From Alphaproteobacteria bacterium (GTDB lineage Bacteria > Pseudomonadota > Alphaproteobacteria > SP197), in assembly GCA_965228895.1 (NCBI GenBank), contig OZ245842.1, positions 1,824,001-1,888,000 of the forward strand: DNA of 64,000 bases, read 5' to 3'. The notes below the pieces were generated by a model, which saw nothing but the letters and a program-made list of their open reading frames with translations, was not told the DNA's origin and did not search any database. This document shows positions 37,325 through 47,679 of this stretch, one piece after another; positions within the stretch are counted from its first letter, which is position 1; every line of letters begins with the position of its first letter. The position numbers and the translations under genes were made by a program.

Positions 37325-37633
37325 ATGTCGTACATGACCGAGAAGTACGGGACGGATGGACCTGTCTCCGCCGTCTCGGATGCACGGGCCGAGCATGGCT
37401 ATGCCCGTATCGAAGGAACCGTTCATACGTTGGTTGCGGCCTATGCGGTGGTGGCGCGCGTGATCGAACCGGTTATCGGCTGGCTCGATCGCAGCCAGCG
37501 CGCCCGCAAGACGGCCCATGTCCTGCGCGGCCTCTCCGACCACCAGCTTGCCGATATCGGCCTGGCCCGCGACGAGATCAGCCTGGTATCGCGTGATTGC
37601 GCCGCCGAACGCGTCGGCAGCCGCAACACCTGA
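37325..37633 (+). CDS. DUF1127 domain protein
   Basis: RARKTAHVLRGLSDHQLADIGLARDEI; AGGAGG RBS. Confidence 0.9.
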   Translation: MSYMTEKYGTDGPVSAVSDARAEHGYARIEGTVHTLVAAYAVVARVIEPVIGWLDRSQRARKTAHVLRGLSDHQLADIGLARDEISLVSRDCAAERVGSRNT

Positions 37634-37662
37634 CGCCCATTGGGCCTGACGCCCCGATCTTC

Positions 37663-37728
37663 GGGCCGCGTCCCAAGCCCCGATCCCGAGCAGCACCGGG
37701 ACGGGCAGGGTCGCGGCCCTTTTTCTTT
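37663..37728 (+). terminator. Long hairpin plus U-tract after DUF1127 gene
   Basis: GGGCCGCG...CGCGGCCC outer stem with inner TCCCG/CGGGA stem, then TTTTTCTTT. Confidence 0.65.
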
Positions 37729-37790
37729 GCCAGGCGCTCAGAGGAATTGTCTGTTGCGTTCGTCGCCCAAGTGGCCGAAATGAGAGGCGT

Positions 37791-37877
37791 GCCCGCTTGG
37801 CGGAACTGGTAGACGCAACGGACTTAAAATCCGTTGTCCTTCGGGACGTGGGGGTTCAAGTCCCTCAGCGGGCACCA
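37791..37877 (+). tRNA. tRNA-Leu (anticodon TAA)
   Basis: GCCCGCT/AGCGGGC acceptor stem plus ACCA, D-loop TGGTAGAC, anticodon arm ACGGA-CTTAAAA-TCCGT, long variable arm GTCCTTCGGGAC, GGTTCAAGTCC. Confidence 0.96.
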
Positions 37878-37939
37878 TCTCGCGATGACGTACCTGGCAG
37901 ACGCAAGGGGCTTTATGCTCCCAAATTCTCCACCGCTGA

Positions 37940-39277
37940 TCAGTTGAAGGTGAAGCCCCGCGGGATCATCCGGTGCTCATAGGCCTGCCTCTCCAGGCCC
38001 TCGCGGAAATCCGGATGCGCGATGCCGATCAGGGCCCGTGCGCGCTCCGGCACCGACTTGCCCTTCAGGTTCACGATGCCATACTCGGTCACCACATACA
38101 TCATGTCCGCCCGGGTGGTGGTGACGATATTGCCCTCGGTCAGGTTGAACACGATCCGGCTACGCCGGTCGCCCCGCTTGTCGTAGGTCGACGGCAGACA
38201 GATGAACGATTTGCCGCCTTCCGACGCATAGGCACCCCGTACGAACTGTGCCTGCCCGCCCGTGCCGGTCAGATGCCGGTTGCCGTCGGACTCCGAGGCC
38301 GCCTGTCCCGTCAGGTCCACCTGGGTCGTGCTGTTGATCGCCACGGCCCGCGGGTTCTGCATGATCCGGCTGGGCGCGTTCGTGTAGTCGACGGGGTAAC
38401 AAAGCATGTCGCGATTGCGGTCGAGCGTGTCGTAGAGCGCCCGCGAGCCGGCCGCGAAGGTATAGGCGATCTTGCCGGGATCGACCTTCTTGCGCGCGCC
38501 CGTGATCAGCCCGGCGCGATACAGTTCCGCCATCCCGTCCGTCATCATTTCCGTATGCACGCCCAGATCCTTGATGCCTGCGTTCACCAGCATCCCGCAC
38601 ACCGCGTCCGGCATGCCCCCGATGCCGATCTGCAGGCAGGCGCCATCCTCGATCTCGCCAATGATGTGCCGCGCCACCGCGCTGTCGAGTTCCGTCGGCA
38701 CCGGGTTCGGCAATTCGGGGATCGGCGCGTTGTCGCCCTCGATGATGTAGTCGACCTCCGACAGATGGATACCGGTGTCTTGCCCGAACACATGCGGGAG
38801 CGTCGTGTTGGTCTCGACGATCACCATGCGGGCCCGCTCGACCACGGCGCGGAACCACACATTGGTCGGCCCCACATTGAAGAACTCGTCCTCGAGCGGC
38901 CGCGTCTTGATGATCAGGATATCCACCGGATCGATGAACCGGCGGTAATAGTCCGGCCCGTCGCCGAGATTGAGCGGCGTGTAGCTGCACCGCCCGCTGT
39001 CATGCAGCTTGCGGTCATAGCCGCTCAGATGAAGGTTCAACAGGTGGACATGTTTGCCCTCGGGGTCGTTCTCCGCGATCGCGCGCGGCCGCATCGACAG
39101 CGTGCTGCGGACCTTCAGGTCGGACAGCTCGGTAATCCGGTCACCCAGTGCACGGTCGAACACCTCGGGCTGGTTCAGCGTCGCGTAGTAGTCGAGCCAC
39201 ATGCCCGAGCGGACGAGGCCAGCGGCCTCGACGGCCGATATCGTCTTAGCCGGGCTGGCGGCTTGGCGCATTTTCAT
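37940..39277 (-). CDS. Acetyl-CoA hydrolase/transferase family (4-hydroxybutyrate CoA-transferase-like)
   Basis: LQIGIGGMPD, LGVHTEM (catalytic Glu), GTGGQAQF, VVTEYG. Confidence 0.92.
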   Translation of the reverse strand: MKMRQAASPAKTISAVEAAGLVRSGMWLDYYATLNQPEVFDRALGDRITELSDLKVRSTLSMRPRAIAENDPEGKHVHLLNLHLSGYDRKLHDSGRCSYTPLNLGDGPDYYRRFIDPVDILIIKTRPLEDEFFNVGPTNVWFRAVVERARMVIVETNTTLPHVFGQDTGIHLSEVDYIIEGDNAPIPELPNPVPTELDSAVARHIIGEIEDGACLQIGIGGMPDAVCGMLVNAGIKDLGVHTEMMTDGMAELYRAGLITGARKKVDPGKIAYTFAAGSRALYDTLDRNRDMLCYPVDYTNAPSRIMQNPRAVAINSTTQVDLTGQAASESDGNRHLTGTGGQAQFVRGAYASEGGKSFICLPSTYDKRGDRRSRIVFNLTEGNIVTTTRADMMYVVTEYGIVNLKGKSVPERARALIGIAHPDFREGLERQAYEHRMIPRGFTFN

Positions 39278-39559
39278 GGTCGGTTCCTGGCGTCTGTCGA
39301 TCGGGCTCAACCGGGAATTGCCATGTCGGCTCCCGCCAAGCCCGTTGAGCATGGCTCCGGGCCGCTGGACGGTCAACCTGTCCGCGTTCGCGGACCGGCT
39401 CGACGGTCTTTATCGCGATATCGAGTCAGGTTGGTCCGGTTTGCGCAACGGCTTCGCGCGGGATAATTGCCTGGAAGGATCGCTGAACGGCGGTGTGAGG
39501 ATTGAAACACGGCGAGAAACCGGCATTCTTGCCGAACACGTCCACGCGATAGGTGCCTC

Positions 39560-40051
39560 ATGATATCCGAGCAGCAAATTCGGGAAGTGTCCGAAATGTA
39601 CCAGGGCGAGGTCTACGGCGAGGCGTTCTATTGCGCCCTGCTGCCCCTGTTCGACACCCCACTTCAGAAGCACCTGATCGGCTCACTGCTTCAACTCGAA
39701 ACCGAGAACAAGGCGCGACTGCGCCAGATCGTCTTCGAGCACGGCGGCGATATCGTCGAGAGCGACGCAAGCCGCAACGATGCCCGGGACTTCATTCGCC
39801 AGGTCGAGCACATGAGCTGGACCGAAGCAACGGCCTACATGGTGGCGGCCAGCGTGGAGTTCCAGGACCGCTATCGCGAGATCGTCAAGACGGCGCCGGA
39901 TGTGTTCAAACCGGTCCTCAGCGACATGATCGAACACGAGGACCTGATCATCGCCGCCATGAGACTCGCGTCCGAAGGCAAGGACCAAGAGGCCATCGAC
40001 CTGGTGGCCGGCCAGTTAATGTTACCTCTCCCCAAGCCTGCGGCGGCCTAA
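39560..40051 (+). CDS. Hypothetical protein, possible ferritin-like four-helix fold
   Basis: Helical acidic pattern GEVYGE, LQLETE, IEHE; coding-like codon usage. Confidence 0.6.
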   Translation: MISEQQIREVSEMYQGEVYGEAFYCALLPLFDTPLQKHLIGSLLQLETENKARLRQIVFEHGGDIVESDASRNDARDFIRQVEHMSWTEATAYMVAASVEFQDRYREIVKTAPDVFKPVLSDMIEHEDLIIAAMRLASEGKDQEAIDLVAGQLMLPLPKPAAA

Positions 40052-40194
40052 CCTCAGACGGAACTTACGAGCGTGGACGTCGCGCAGCTTCGGTCAGGGC
40101 GTATGTACGACCGTCCGGGTTCTGGTAGGTACGGTTGCCCGAAGCGGAGGCGTGCTTCGAACCTTGGGGGCACAATGCAAACAGGAGCGACGGA

Positions 40195-40611
40195 ATGCTG
40201 AGCTACATCAGGGTTGGTTCCAATGATGTCGCGCTCTCGGGGCGTTTCTACACGGCCATCCTGACCCCGCTCGGTTACAGGAAGAAGGACGTGCCGAACG
40301 GTGTCGAATTCACCTTTCCGGACGTGCCCGGCCGGTCCGGCGGACCCGCCGCGGTTTACGTGGCGAAGCCATTCGACGGGAAGCAGGCGACCGTCGGCAA
40401 CGGCTCTATGACGGCCTTCCAAGCCGAAACGCATGAGATGGTCCGGAACGTTCACGCCGCTGGCCTTCAGGCGGGCGGCGCCGACGAGGGCGCTCCGGGC
40501 TTCCGGGCCGACTACAGCGATCACTTCTATGTCGGCTATCTCCGCGATCCCCTAGGCAACAAGGTCGCGATCTTCTGCGCGAACCCAGCAGAGGGAGCGC
40601 GGGGCCGCTGA
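40195..40611 (+). CDS. VOC/glyoxalase family protein
   Basis: MLSYIRVGSND, PFDGKQATVGNG, GGADEGAPG, YLRDPLGNK. Confidence 0.9.
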   Translation: MLSYIRVGSNDVALSGRFYTAILTPLGYRKKDVPNGVEFTFPDVPGRSGGPAAVYVAKPFDGKQATVGNGSMTAFQAETHEMVRNVHAAGLQAGGADEGAPGFRADYSDHFYVGYLRDPLGNKVAIFCANPAEGARGR

Positions 40612-41036
40612 ACGCAGCCTTGGTACTGCGCCCCGCTGCGTTTGCCGGTGGCGCAGCACACCTCGATCACCCGAGCCAAGTGTGCCATCGCTAACCTGCG
40701 CCAACCCTCAATGCCTGCCGCGGTTCAAATTGAGCGAGAGGCGCAGGAGTGCAAGCCCTTTGCGGTTTCGTTATCTGGGACGATCATCTACTGCGCATAC
40801 GACGGTCGCCCGCAAGAGGGCCGTCTGGCCACAGCCGCGATCACGATGAACTGGGCGCCTTTGGTCGTCTGATCGGCTCTCGCGAGCCTGCGAAGGTGAA
40901 TGGAACAAGACCACCTTATTGACCAGGCACTGTCGCCCCAATCTATACGTTTATCGAGTTGACTCGACTATTGTGTCAGCGCAATGATGTTGCCGCGCGA
41001 TGCGATTGCCCAGCCCTGAACACTCGAAGGTTTGCC

Positions 41037-42059
41037 ATGCCCGGGATCGTCACAGCACCGATCGATCATCCTGTTGCTTGGCGCGCCAGCGATTTTGCTT
41101 CGCCCGACCAGATTGCGGTCGCGTTGACGTCGGTGCAGCGGCGCATCCTGGCCGACTTAGGGCGACGCGTGTGCAGCCAGGGTCGCGGCTGGCGCGACTT
41201 GACCGCGGCAGAAGAGGCACTGCCGGACCTCGCCGAAACGTTGTCCGATGTTCGCCAGCAGGTCTATGGCGGGCGGGGCCTCGTCCTGCTGCGCGGTTTG
41301 CCGATGGGCGAACTCAACGAAGACGAGGCGGCCGTTGCCGCGTGGGCGGTGGGAAGTCATTTTGGACGCCGGGCTACCCAGAGCGCACTCGGCGACATGC
41401 TTGGCCGTGTCGAAATTGACCCCAACCTGCAGCAGACCTGGCGGGGTTATCGCAGCTCTGCGCAATCGAGGTTTCACACCGATCACGTTGACGGCTTGGC
41501 ACTAGCCTGTGTGCGCCCGGCGGGGTCGGGCGGTGCATCGTGCGTCGTCAGTGCGGCCGCCATTCATAACGTGTTGGCCGCCGAACGGCCGGATCTTCTG
41601 CCGGCATTGTACCAGGGCTTTCGCATGCATTGGTTCGGCGAGCCGCCCGCGTCTGGTGAGACAGTGACCGACCTCGACGTGCCGGTCTTTTCCTGGAGCG
41701 AAGACCGCATCGTCTGCGTGATGTTGCCGAGCTACATGGAGGCCGCCGCCAAGGAGCTCGGCGTCGCGATGCCGCCCTTGCTGGCCGAGGGTTGCGCCAT
41801 GATGCACGAGATCGCCGCACGTGACGGTATGGCGCTGAACTTCATGCTCGAAGCCGGTGACATGCTGGTGATCGACAACAAAGCCGTCCTGCACGGCCGG
41901 GCGGCGTTTGAAAGCAGCCCGGCGGAACTCAGCCGCAGATTGCTCTTCCGCTTGCAGTTTGAAGTCCTGCCGCTCAGACCCGCCCATCCCGGCGTGGTAC
42001 ACTACTATGACGGCCTTAAGCGCGCCTATCGCGATCCCGGCGCCAGGGCGTGCGCCTGA
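41037..42059 (+). CDS. TauD/TfdA (clavaminate synthase-like) Fe(II)/2OG dioxygenase
   Basis: GRGLVLLRGLP, FHTD facial-triad motif, IDN...LHGR, RRLLFRL. Confidence 0.85.
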   Translation: MPGIVTAPIDHPVAWRASDFASPDQIAVALTSVQRRILADLGRRVCSQGRGWRDLTAAEEALPDLAETLSDVRQQVYGGRGLVLLRGLPMGELNEDEAAVAAWAVGSHFGRRATQSALGDMLGRVEIDPNLQQTWRGYRSSAQSRFHTDHVDGLALACVRPAGSGGASCVVSAAAIHNVLAAERPDLLPALYQGFRMHWFGEPPASGETVTDLDVPVFSWSEDRIVCVMLPSYMEAAAKELGVAMPPLLAEGCAMMHEIAARDGMALNFMLEAGDMLVIDNKAVLHGRAAFESSPAELSRRLLFRLQFEVLPLRPAHPGVVHYYDGLKRAYRDPGARACA

Positions 42060-42161
42060 CGGACCTTACTTCCAAACACGACCGAGGCCAGTCTTGTTGC
42101 GACGACAAGCGAACTTCATCGCACATAGGACGTACGTGCGATGTTGAACGCAGTCCCGCAG

Positions 42162-42833
42162 TTAGGCGCGGTCGGACTTGCGCGGCAGGGTGTCGGGCAG
42201 GTAGAGGCCCAGATAGGCGATGCCGACCCGGATAGCTTCATCCAGCATGGATTTCACGATCTTGTCGTGTTCGATGACCGACAGAGAGAACATGTAATGG
42301 GTCAATTCGACATAATAGAAAAAGACGTCCTTGGGTCGCGGGATCTTTGGCAGTTCGTACATGTTGTCGAAGACGTCGTACATCACCAATCCCGCGCGCC
42401 GCTCTTTTATGCGGTCCTGTAGCTGGAACACGGGCGGCGTTGTCCCACCGATGAGAAGCCGTCTTGCTGGTGGCGTTTCGTTGTAGAGCGCCGCGATTCT
42501 TTTCATCTGGTAACGCACCAGAGATTGCCAGTCATGGTTCGCTCTGGCCGGAAGAGGTTGCTGTGCGACCTCGACAAACTGACGGCTCAAGTCGTCCGAC
42601 AAAGCCATGAACACGTCATAGCGATTTGCGAAGAAATGATAGGCGGACCCTTCGGGAACGTTTGCTCTGTTGGCGATTTCAATGAAGGTGATCTCCTCCA
42701 GTGGCCGGTCACACAGCAGTTCATAGGCAGCCTTCAGAAGCGCCTCTCGCCGTTGCTTGCCGCGTTTGCGGACTCCTACATTGGTCTTGCGCAAGCCCAT
42801 TTTTTGTCGTTGTGCCATGATGGATTCCGTCAT
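42162..42833 (-). CDS. TetR/AcrR family transcriptional regulator
   Basis: RREALLKAA...IANRANVPEGSAYHFF HTH; start uncertain. Confidence 0.88.
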   Translation of the reverse strand: MTESIMAQRQKMGLRKTNVGVRKRGKQRREALLKAAYELLCDRPLEEITFIEIANRANVPEGSAYHFFANRYDVFMALSDDLSRQFVEVAQQPLPARANHDWQSLVRYQMKRIAALYNETPPARRLLIGGTTPPVFQLQDRIKERRAGLVMYDVFDNMYELPKIPRPKDVFFYYVELTHYMFSLSVIEHDKIVKSMLDEAIRVGIAYLGLYLPDTLPRKSDRA

Positions 42834-43357
42834 CGCGATGACATGGCGATGAACGTACAGCCATTTGGTGTTGAAGGGTAATCGAGTCCTGCTGGGCGAA
42901 TGAACCGGCCACACACAAGGACCGGGGATTACCGTCGATGACGTGACATGAAGCCCCAAGTCCCCCATCGGGCATCATCGACGTTGAATGTCCCCGCAAC
43001 GAGGTAGCGCAGTTCGTTACCCGTTTGGAGCAGGCTGCGCTTCATCCCCGCGTCGACGGTGACTTGCCCGAAGGTGAGAAGGGCGATCTACGCGGCCGGA
43101 TCACGCTGACGTTCATTCATCAAGGTCCCGATCCGAGACGAGATGAGCCAGCCTTCGGATAGCCGGTAACCTCTGCCTTTCGCCCAGGAGAACCCGCATG
43201 GTCCGGCCGGGGCCCAGAAAAACCTATAACTGGCCGTTATGTTTGGCCGTGTCGTTGCATTCTTAAGCGCACGCCGGCCATTCAATCGGCTACACTTGGT
43301 CTTCGATTCTGGTTCTTGAACAAGTGTTGCCTTCAAGCGGCGACCAGGTTGTGCGTT

Positions 43358-43585
43358 ATGGATGACATCGACTACGGCGAGAAAGTGAGGCTGGTCGCTT
43401 CGTGGTTGCCGGACGGCTATGAGGACATCAGTCTGGCCGAAGCGGTAGTCAAGGTGATGGCCCTTGAAGCGTTGAGGGATGACATGAACGTCGGCATCGT
43501 GCGTGCCGGCCGTACGGCATTGACGACGCGTCAGCAGATCAAGGCAATATTCGACCGGCCCGATTTCCCGCACAGCGATAGATGA
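43358..43585 (+). CDS. Small hypothetical protein
   Basis: 75-aa ORF with protein-like composition in a large intergenic gap; no family recognised. Confidence 0.45.
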   Translation: MDDIDYGEKVRLVASWLPDGYEDISLAEAVVKVMALEALRDDMNVGIVRAGRTALTTRQQIKAIFDRPDFPHSDR

Positions 43586-43812
43586 TATCTGCACGCTAAG
43601 TGAGCCCGATACGGGCTGCGTCCTGTGCGATGCACGCGCGAGCCTGGTCAACTCGAACCGGCCGGAGTATTTTGCACACCACCATTGGCGAGTTTTTGAC
43701 GACTTCTACGGGTCGACTTGAGCTAAGATTACATCAGAACTTGGAGTTTTCTTGGTGATCGCCAAGATTTGCTGTAGTGATTAACGACATGTCTCATACT
43801 GGGAGGGGCAAG

Positions 43813-45594
43813 ATGTCCCAGTTTAAGACGTTCAAGGCAGTGTTGATCAAGCCGTCGCACTACGACGATGACGGCTATGTCATCCAATGGCTCAAATCGA
43901 TTATCCCATCGAACACGCTGGCGGCGCTTTATGGCGTCATCGGCGAATGCGCTGCGCGCAAGGTTCTGGGTGACGATGTCAACATCGAGATCGAAGCCTA
44001 TGATGAGACAAACACCGTCATCCCGATCAAGAGGATCGTTCGGTCGCTGAAGGAATGTGACGGCGGTTTCGTCGGACTGGTCGGCGTGCAGTCAAACCAG
44101 TTTCCACGTGCCATCGATCTGGCGCGACAATTCCGCATCCATGACCTCACTGTGATCATCGGCGGTTTCCACGTCGCCGGCAGCCTCGCCATGCTGCCGG
44201 AGGTGCCCAAGGAAATCAGCGATGCCCAGGAGATGGGTGTTTCGTTTTATGCAGGCGAGACCGAAGGGCGCATGGACGAGCTCTTGCACGACGTCTGGAA
44301 CGGCACGGTAAAGCCGCTCTATCGCTACATGGCTGACTTGCCGGAAATGGACGGCGCACCGGTTCCTTACCTGCCGGACGAGCTGGTTGCCAAAGCGGCC
44401 GGCAACTACACGAGTTTCGATTCAGGACGCGGCTGCCCGTTCCAGTGTTCGTTCTGCACGATCATCAACGTGCAGGGAAGAAAGTCACGCTATCGCTCGC
44501 CCGACGATATCGAGCAAATCATTCGGCTCAATGAAGAGCAGGGAATCCGTCGCTATTTCATCACCGACGACAACTTCGCGCGCAACAAGAACTGGGAAGC
44601 GATCTTGGACCGCATGATCTACCTGCGCGAGGAGGAGAAGTTCCGGTTCAAGTTCATTATCCAGGTCGACACGCTGTGCCATCGGACGGCTGGCTTTGTC
44701 GAAAAGGCGGCGCGTGCCGGCTGCAACCGCGTCTTCATCGGATTGGAGAACATCGACCCGGATGCGTTGATGTCGGCCAAGAAGCGGCAGAACAAGATCT
44801 GGGAATACCGCGACATGATGCAGGCCTGGAAACGTGCCGGCGTCATTACCTATGCCGGGTACATTCTGGGTTTTCCCGATGACACGCCGGAGAAGATCAG
44901 GCGCAATATCGAGATTATTCAGCGCGAGCTGCCGCTCGACCTCATCGAGTTCTTCTTTCTGACGCCGCTTCCGGGTTCCGAAGATCATCAGAAGATGCAC
45001 CGCGACGGCGTCTGGATGGATCCCGACCTCAACAAATATGACCTAAACCACCGCGTCTCGCATCATCCGGCAATGTCGGACGAGGCGTGGGACAAGATCT
45101 ACCTGGAAGCATGGAAGCTCTACTACACGCCCAAGCATTTCGAAACGGTGATCCGCCGCCAGGCCTCGCTCGGCCTGAAGACGAAGACCCTGTTCCACGG
45201 TATGGGCGGTTTCTACGCGTCGATCATGTACGCCAACGTGCATCCGCTGGAAGCCGGATTCTGGCGGCGCCGGGTGCGCAGTCAACGCCGGCACGGGCTA
45301 CCGCGCGAGAACCCGTTGATCTTCTATCCCAAGCGAACCTGGGTCGAGTTCTGGTCGCACGCCAAATTCCTGATGCTCTACCTGCGGCTTAAGCTCATTC
45401 ATGACCGTGTCGTCAAGGATCCGACGGTGCGTGCCTATACCGACCTCGCGATGACGCCGACGACTGACGACGAAGACAACGACCTGGACCTCATCAAGGT
45501 ATTCGAAGACCAGATCCCCGATACCTATGGCGCGCCGGTCAAGCGCAAGAAAAAGGACGGCACGGTAGAAGAAAAGATGATCGCCGCCGGGTGA
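43813..45594 (+). CDS. B12-binding-domain radical SAM protein
   Basis: GRGCPFQCSFC (CxxxCxxC), IIGGFH, ITDDNF, FIGLE, YILGFP; GGGAGG RBS. Confidence 0.88.
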   Translation: MSQFKTFKAVLIKPSHYDDDGYVIQWLKSIIPSNTLAALYGVIGECAARKVLGDDVNIEIEAYDETNTVIPIKRIVRSLKECDGGFVGLVGVQSNQFPRAIDLARQFRIHDLTVIIGGFHVAGSLAMLPEVPKEISDAQEMGVSFYAGETEGRMDELLHDVWNGTVKPLYRYMADLPEMDGAPVPYLPDELVAKAAGNYTSFDSGRGCPFQCSFCTIINVQGRKSRYRSPDDIEQIIRLNEEQGIRRYFITDDNFARNKNWEAILDRMIYLREEEKFRFKFIIQVDTLCHRTAGFVEKAARAGCNRVFIGLENIDPDALMSAKKRQNKIWEYRDMMQAWKRAGVITYAGYILGFPDDTPEKIRRNIEIIQRELPLDLIEFFFLTPLPGSEDHQKMHRDGVWMDPDLNKYDLNHRVSHHPAMSDEAWDKIYLEAWKLYYTPKHFETVIRRQASLGLKTKTLFHGMGGFYASIMYANVHPLEAGFWRRRVRSQRRHGLPRENPLIFYPKRTWVEFWSHAKFLMLYLRLKLIHDRVVKDPTVRAYTDLAMTPTTDDEDNDLDLIKVFEDQIPDTYGAPVKRKKKDGTVEEKMIAAG

Positions 45595-45683
45595 ATTCCC
45601 GCGCTTGTTCGACATACCGACGAGAGGTTAAGAAGGGTGGCCGTTTCTCGGTTGCTGGATCCAGCATGGGTTAAGGGAGGGCA

Positions 45684-46430
45684 ATGGCCAAATCGTTCGC
45701 AACACCGGCCAACAACATGCCGGTACAGGCGCCGCTCATCCCTGATCCGTTTGTGCCCTACAAATGCCCGGGAAATCGGTCGGTCTTTGCGGTTTGCCGC
45801 GGTAATGAGGTGGCGCTGCGTACCGTGCTGGAGCCGACACCGTTCGACTTTGTCGACGATCGATTCGTGGTGTCGGTCACCGATTTCAGCAACTGCGACA
45901 AGGTGCCGTTCTTCGATGCGGCGATCGTGATGCCCGTGCGTTTCGGTGACATGGCGGGCGGGCATTATGTGTTTGAGTATGAGGACGACGACCGTGCTAT
46001 CGCCGCCGGTCGCGACTTGTGGGGATACCCCAAAAAGTACGCCGCCATATCGTTGGAGCGGCATCACGATTTGGTGCGCGGCACTGCGGTGCGCCACGGC
46101 GTCACCATCATCGATGTCGAGGTGCCGCTGGAGTACGGCGCCAAAGCACCGAACAAGCCGGTGGTCGTGCCGCACCTCAACATCCGGTCCGTGCCGGCGC
46201 CGGACGGTCCGGGCACGTCGCTGCGTCAGGTCATCGTCAGAGACACGTCGCCGGACTTTGTTTTGAGTGAGGAACTCCACGGTCAGGCCAACGTTACGCT
46301 GAAGGCCATACCCGGTTGCCCCTTGGACGTCTTTCAGCCGGTCGAGGTGCTGGGCGGCGGGTTCACCACCGGCGATTTCTACGCGACCGAGGAAAATGGT
46401 TGGGGCCGCATCGTCGCCACACTCGATTGA
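45684..46430 (+). CDS. Acetoacetate decarboxylase-like superfamily protein
   Basis: AIAAGRDLWGYPKK Schiff-base lysine motif. Confidence 0.88.
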   Translation: MAKSFATPANNMPVQAPLIPDPFVPYKCPGNRSVFAVCRGNEVALRTVLEPTPFDFVDDRFVVSVTDFSNCDKVPFFDAAIVMPVRFGDMAGGHYVFEYEDDDRAIAAGRDLWGYPKKYAAISLERHHDLVRGTAVRHGVTIIDVEVPLEYGAKAPNKPVVVPHLNIRSVPAPDGPGTSLRQVIVRDTSPDFVLSEELHGQANVTLKAIPGCPLDVFQPVEVLGGGFTTGDFYATEENGWGRIVATLD

Positions 46431-46467
46431 CGAAGGCGCATGAGCGCCTGTAGGGCCTGCGCTACGT

Positions 46468-46704
46468 TTAGATTGTCAAGGTAATGCCCCAAGGGGAAGT
46501 TCCGCCTGTGGCTGGTCGCGCGACACGATCGTCCTGTGGCATGGCGACATCGCGAAAGCGCACCGCGGCATCCGCTTCGATGGCCTTGATCTTGTCGTCG
46601 AGTGCTGGCGGGCGCTCATCGGGAATGGCGAGGTCCGTCGCCGTCACGAAGGCGATTCTCAGATCGGAAAAACGGTCGGCGATGGCGGAGATGTCGGCGC
46701 GCAT
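46468..46704 (-). pseudogene. Probable truncated B3/B4 (PheT-editing-like) domain gene
   Basis: N-terminus ISAIADRFSDLRIAFV...PDERPPALD resembles stand-alone B3/4 proteins from memory; similarity ends near 46519, far short of a full domain. Confidence 0.45.
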
Positions 46705-46768
46705 GGTTGATCCGGCGATGCGATTGGCGCGCCTTCGTAACGTCTAACGCACCGATCTCCAAGACATC

Positions 46769-47197
46769 TCATCGCTCGGTGTAGCGGCGCTCCACGGCAA
46801 GGTAGTAGCCCGCCATGCCGGCCAGCATGGCGACGACAAACACGACAACCAGTCCGATCCCCGACGACAGAGCCGCCAATGCAGGGCCTGGACAGAAACC
46901 GGCGATGCCCCAACCCAAGCCGAACAAGACAGCGCCGGCAATCAAGCGGACATCGATGTCGTGCCGGTCGGGCAGGTGAAGCCGGCCCGTCAACAAAGGG
47001 GCGCCGCGACGTCGGACCAAGGCGAAGCCGGGAACCGTGACGATCAGGGCGCCGCCCATGACAAACGCGAGTGTGGGATCCCAGGTGCCCGCAAAATCGA
47101 GAAAGTTGAGGACCTTGGCGGGGTTGATCATGCCTGATACGGCGAGACCCGCACCAAACAACAGACCGCAGATGAGACTGGCGAGAACGCGGCGCAT
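46769..47197 (-). CDS. YeeE/YedE family sulfur-compound transporter subunit
   Basis: GLAVSGM.NPAKVLNFLD, WDPTL, FGLGWGIAGFCPGP. Confidence 0.9.
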   Translation of the reverse strand: MRRVLASLICGLLFGAGLAVSGMINPAKVLNFLDFAGTWDPTLAFVMGGALIVTVPGFALVRRRGAPLLTGRLHLPDRHDIDVRLIAGAVLFGLGWGIAGFCPGPALAALSSGIGLVVVFVVAMLAGMAGYYLAVERRYTER

Positions 47198-47198
47198 G

Positions 47199-47627
47199 TC
47201 AGGATGCGCCGAGCACGTGGCGGGTAACGTAGACGGTCACAATGGCAACCACGAAGAAGAGGGCGGTGGCCAGAATCGACCGGCGCGAACCGCGCGCAAG
47301 GCCGCAGACGCCGTGACCGCTGGTGCACCCCGATCCCATGCGGGTGCCGAAGCCGACCAGCAGTCCGGCGACGATCAACCATGGCCATGGTGTCGCGATA
47401 GTGACAGGCGCCATGGCGCCGGATGCGGCCGCGACCAACAGCGGGCCCATAACCAACCCCGCGACGAAGGCAAGGCGCCAGCCCGTGTCGCCGGTCGCGC
47501 CGTCGATCGCGCCGCCAACGATGCCGCTGATACCGGCGATTCGGCCAATCAATGCCAGGAAGAGCACAGCGGCCAGCCCGATCATCATGCCGCCGATCAA
47601 TCCGGAGATGGGTGTGAATGCTGTCAT
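47199..47627 (-). CDS. YeeE/YedE family sulfur-compound transporter subunit
   Basis: GRIAGISG, GLLVGFGTRMGSGCTSGHGVCG. Confidence 0.92.
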   Translation of the reverse strand: MTAFTPISGLIGGMMIGLAAVLFLALIGRIAGISGIVGGAIDGATGDTGWRLAFVAGLVMGPLLVAAASGAMAPVTIATPWPWLIVAGLLVGFGTRMGSGCTSGHGVCGLARGSRRSILATALFFVVAIVTVYVTRHVLGAS

Positions 47628-47679
47628 GCGCCGCCACCAACGTGAGGACCCAGATGAGCCTAATGTAGCACCTTAGGCG

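Noticed and set aside
37634-37790. Cuckoo/CcsR sRNA repeats after the DUF1127 gene
   Set aside because: No CCTCCTCCC motifs; only a terminator-like hairpin.
37973-39466. 497-aa plus-strand ORF next to the tRNA, considered as a possible integrase
   Set aside because: Antisense shadow of the CoA transferase; no tyrosine or serine recombinase motifs.
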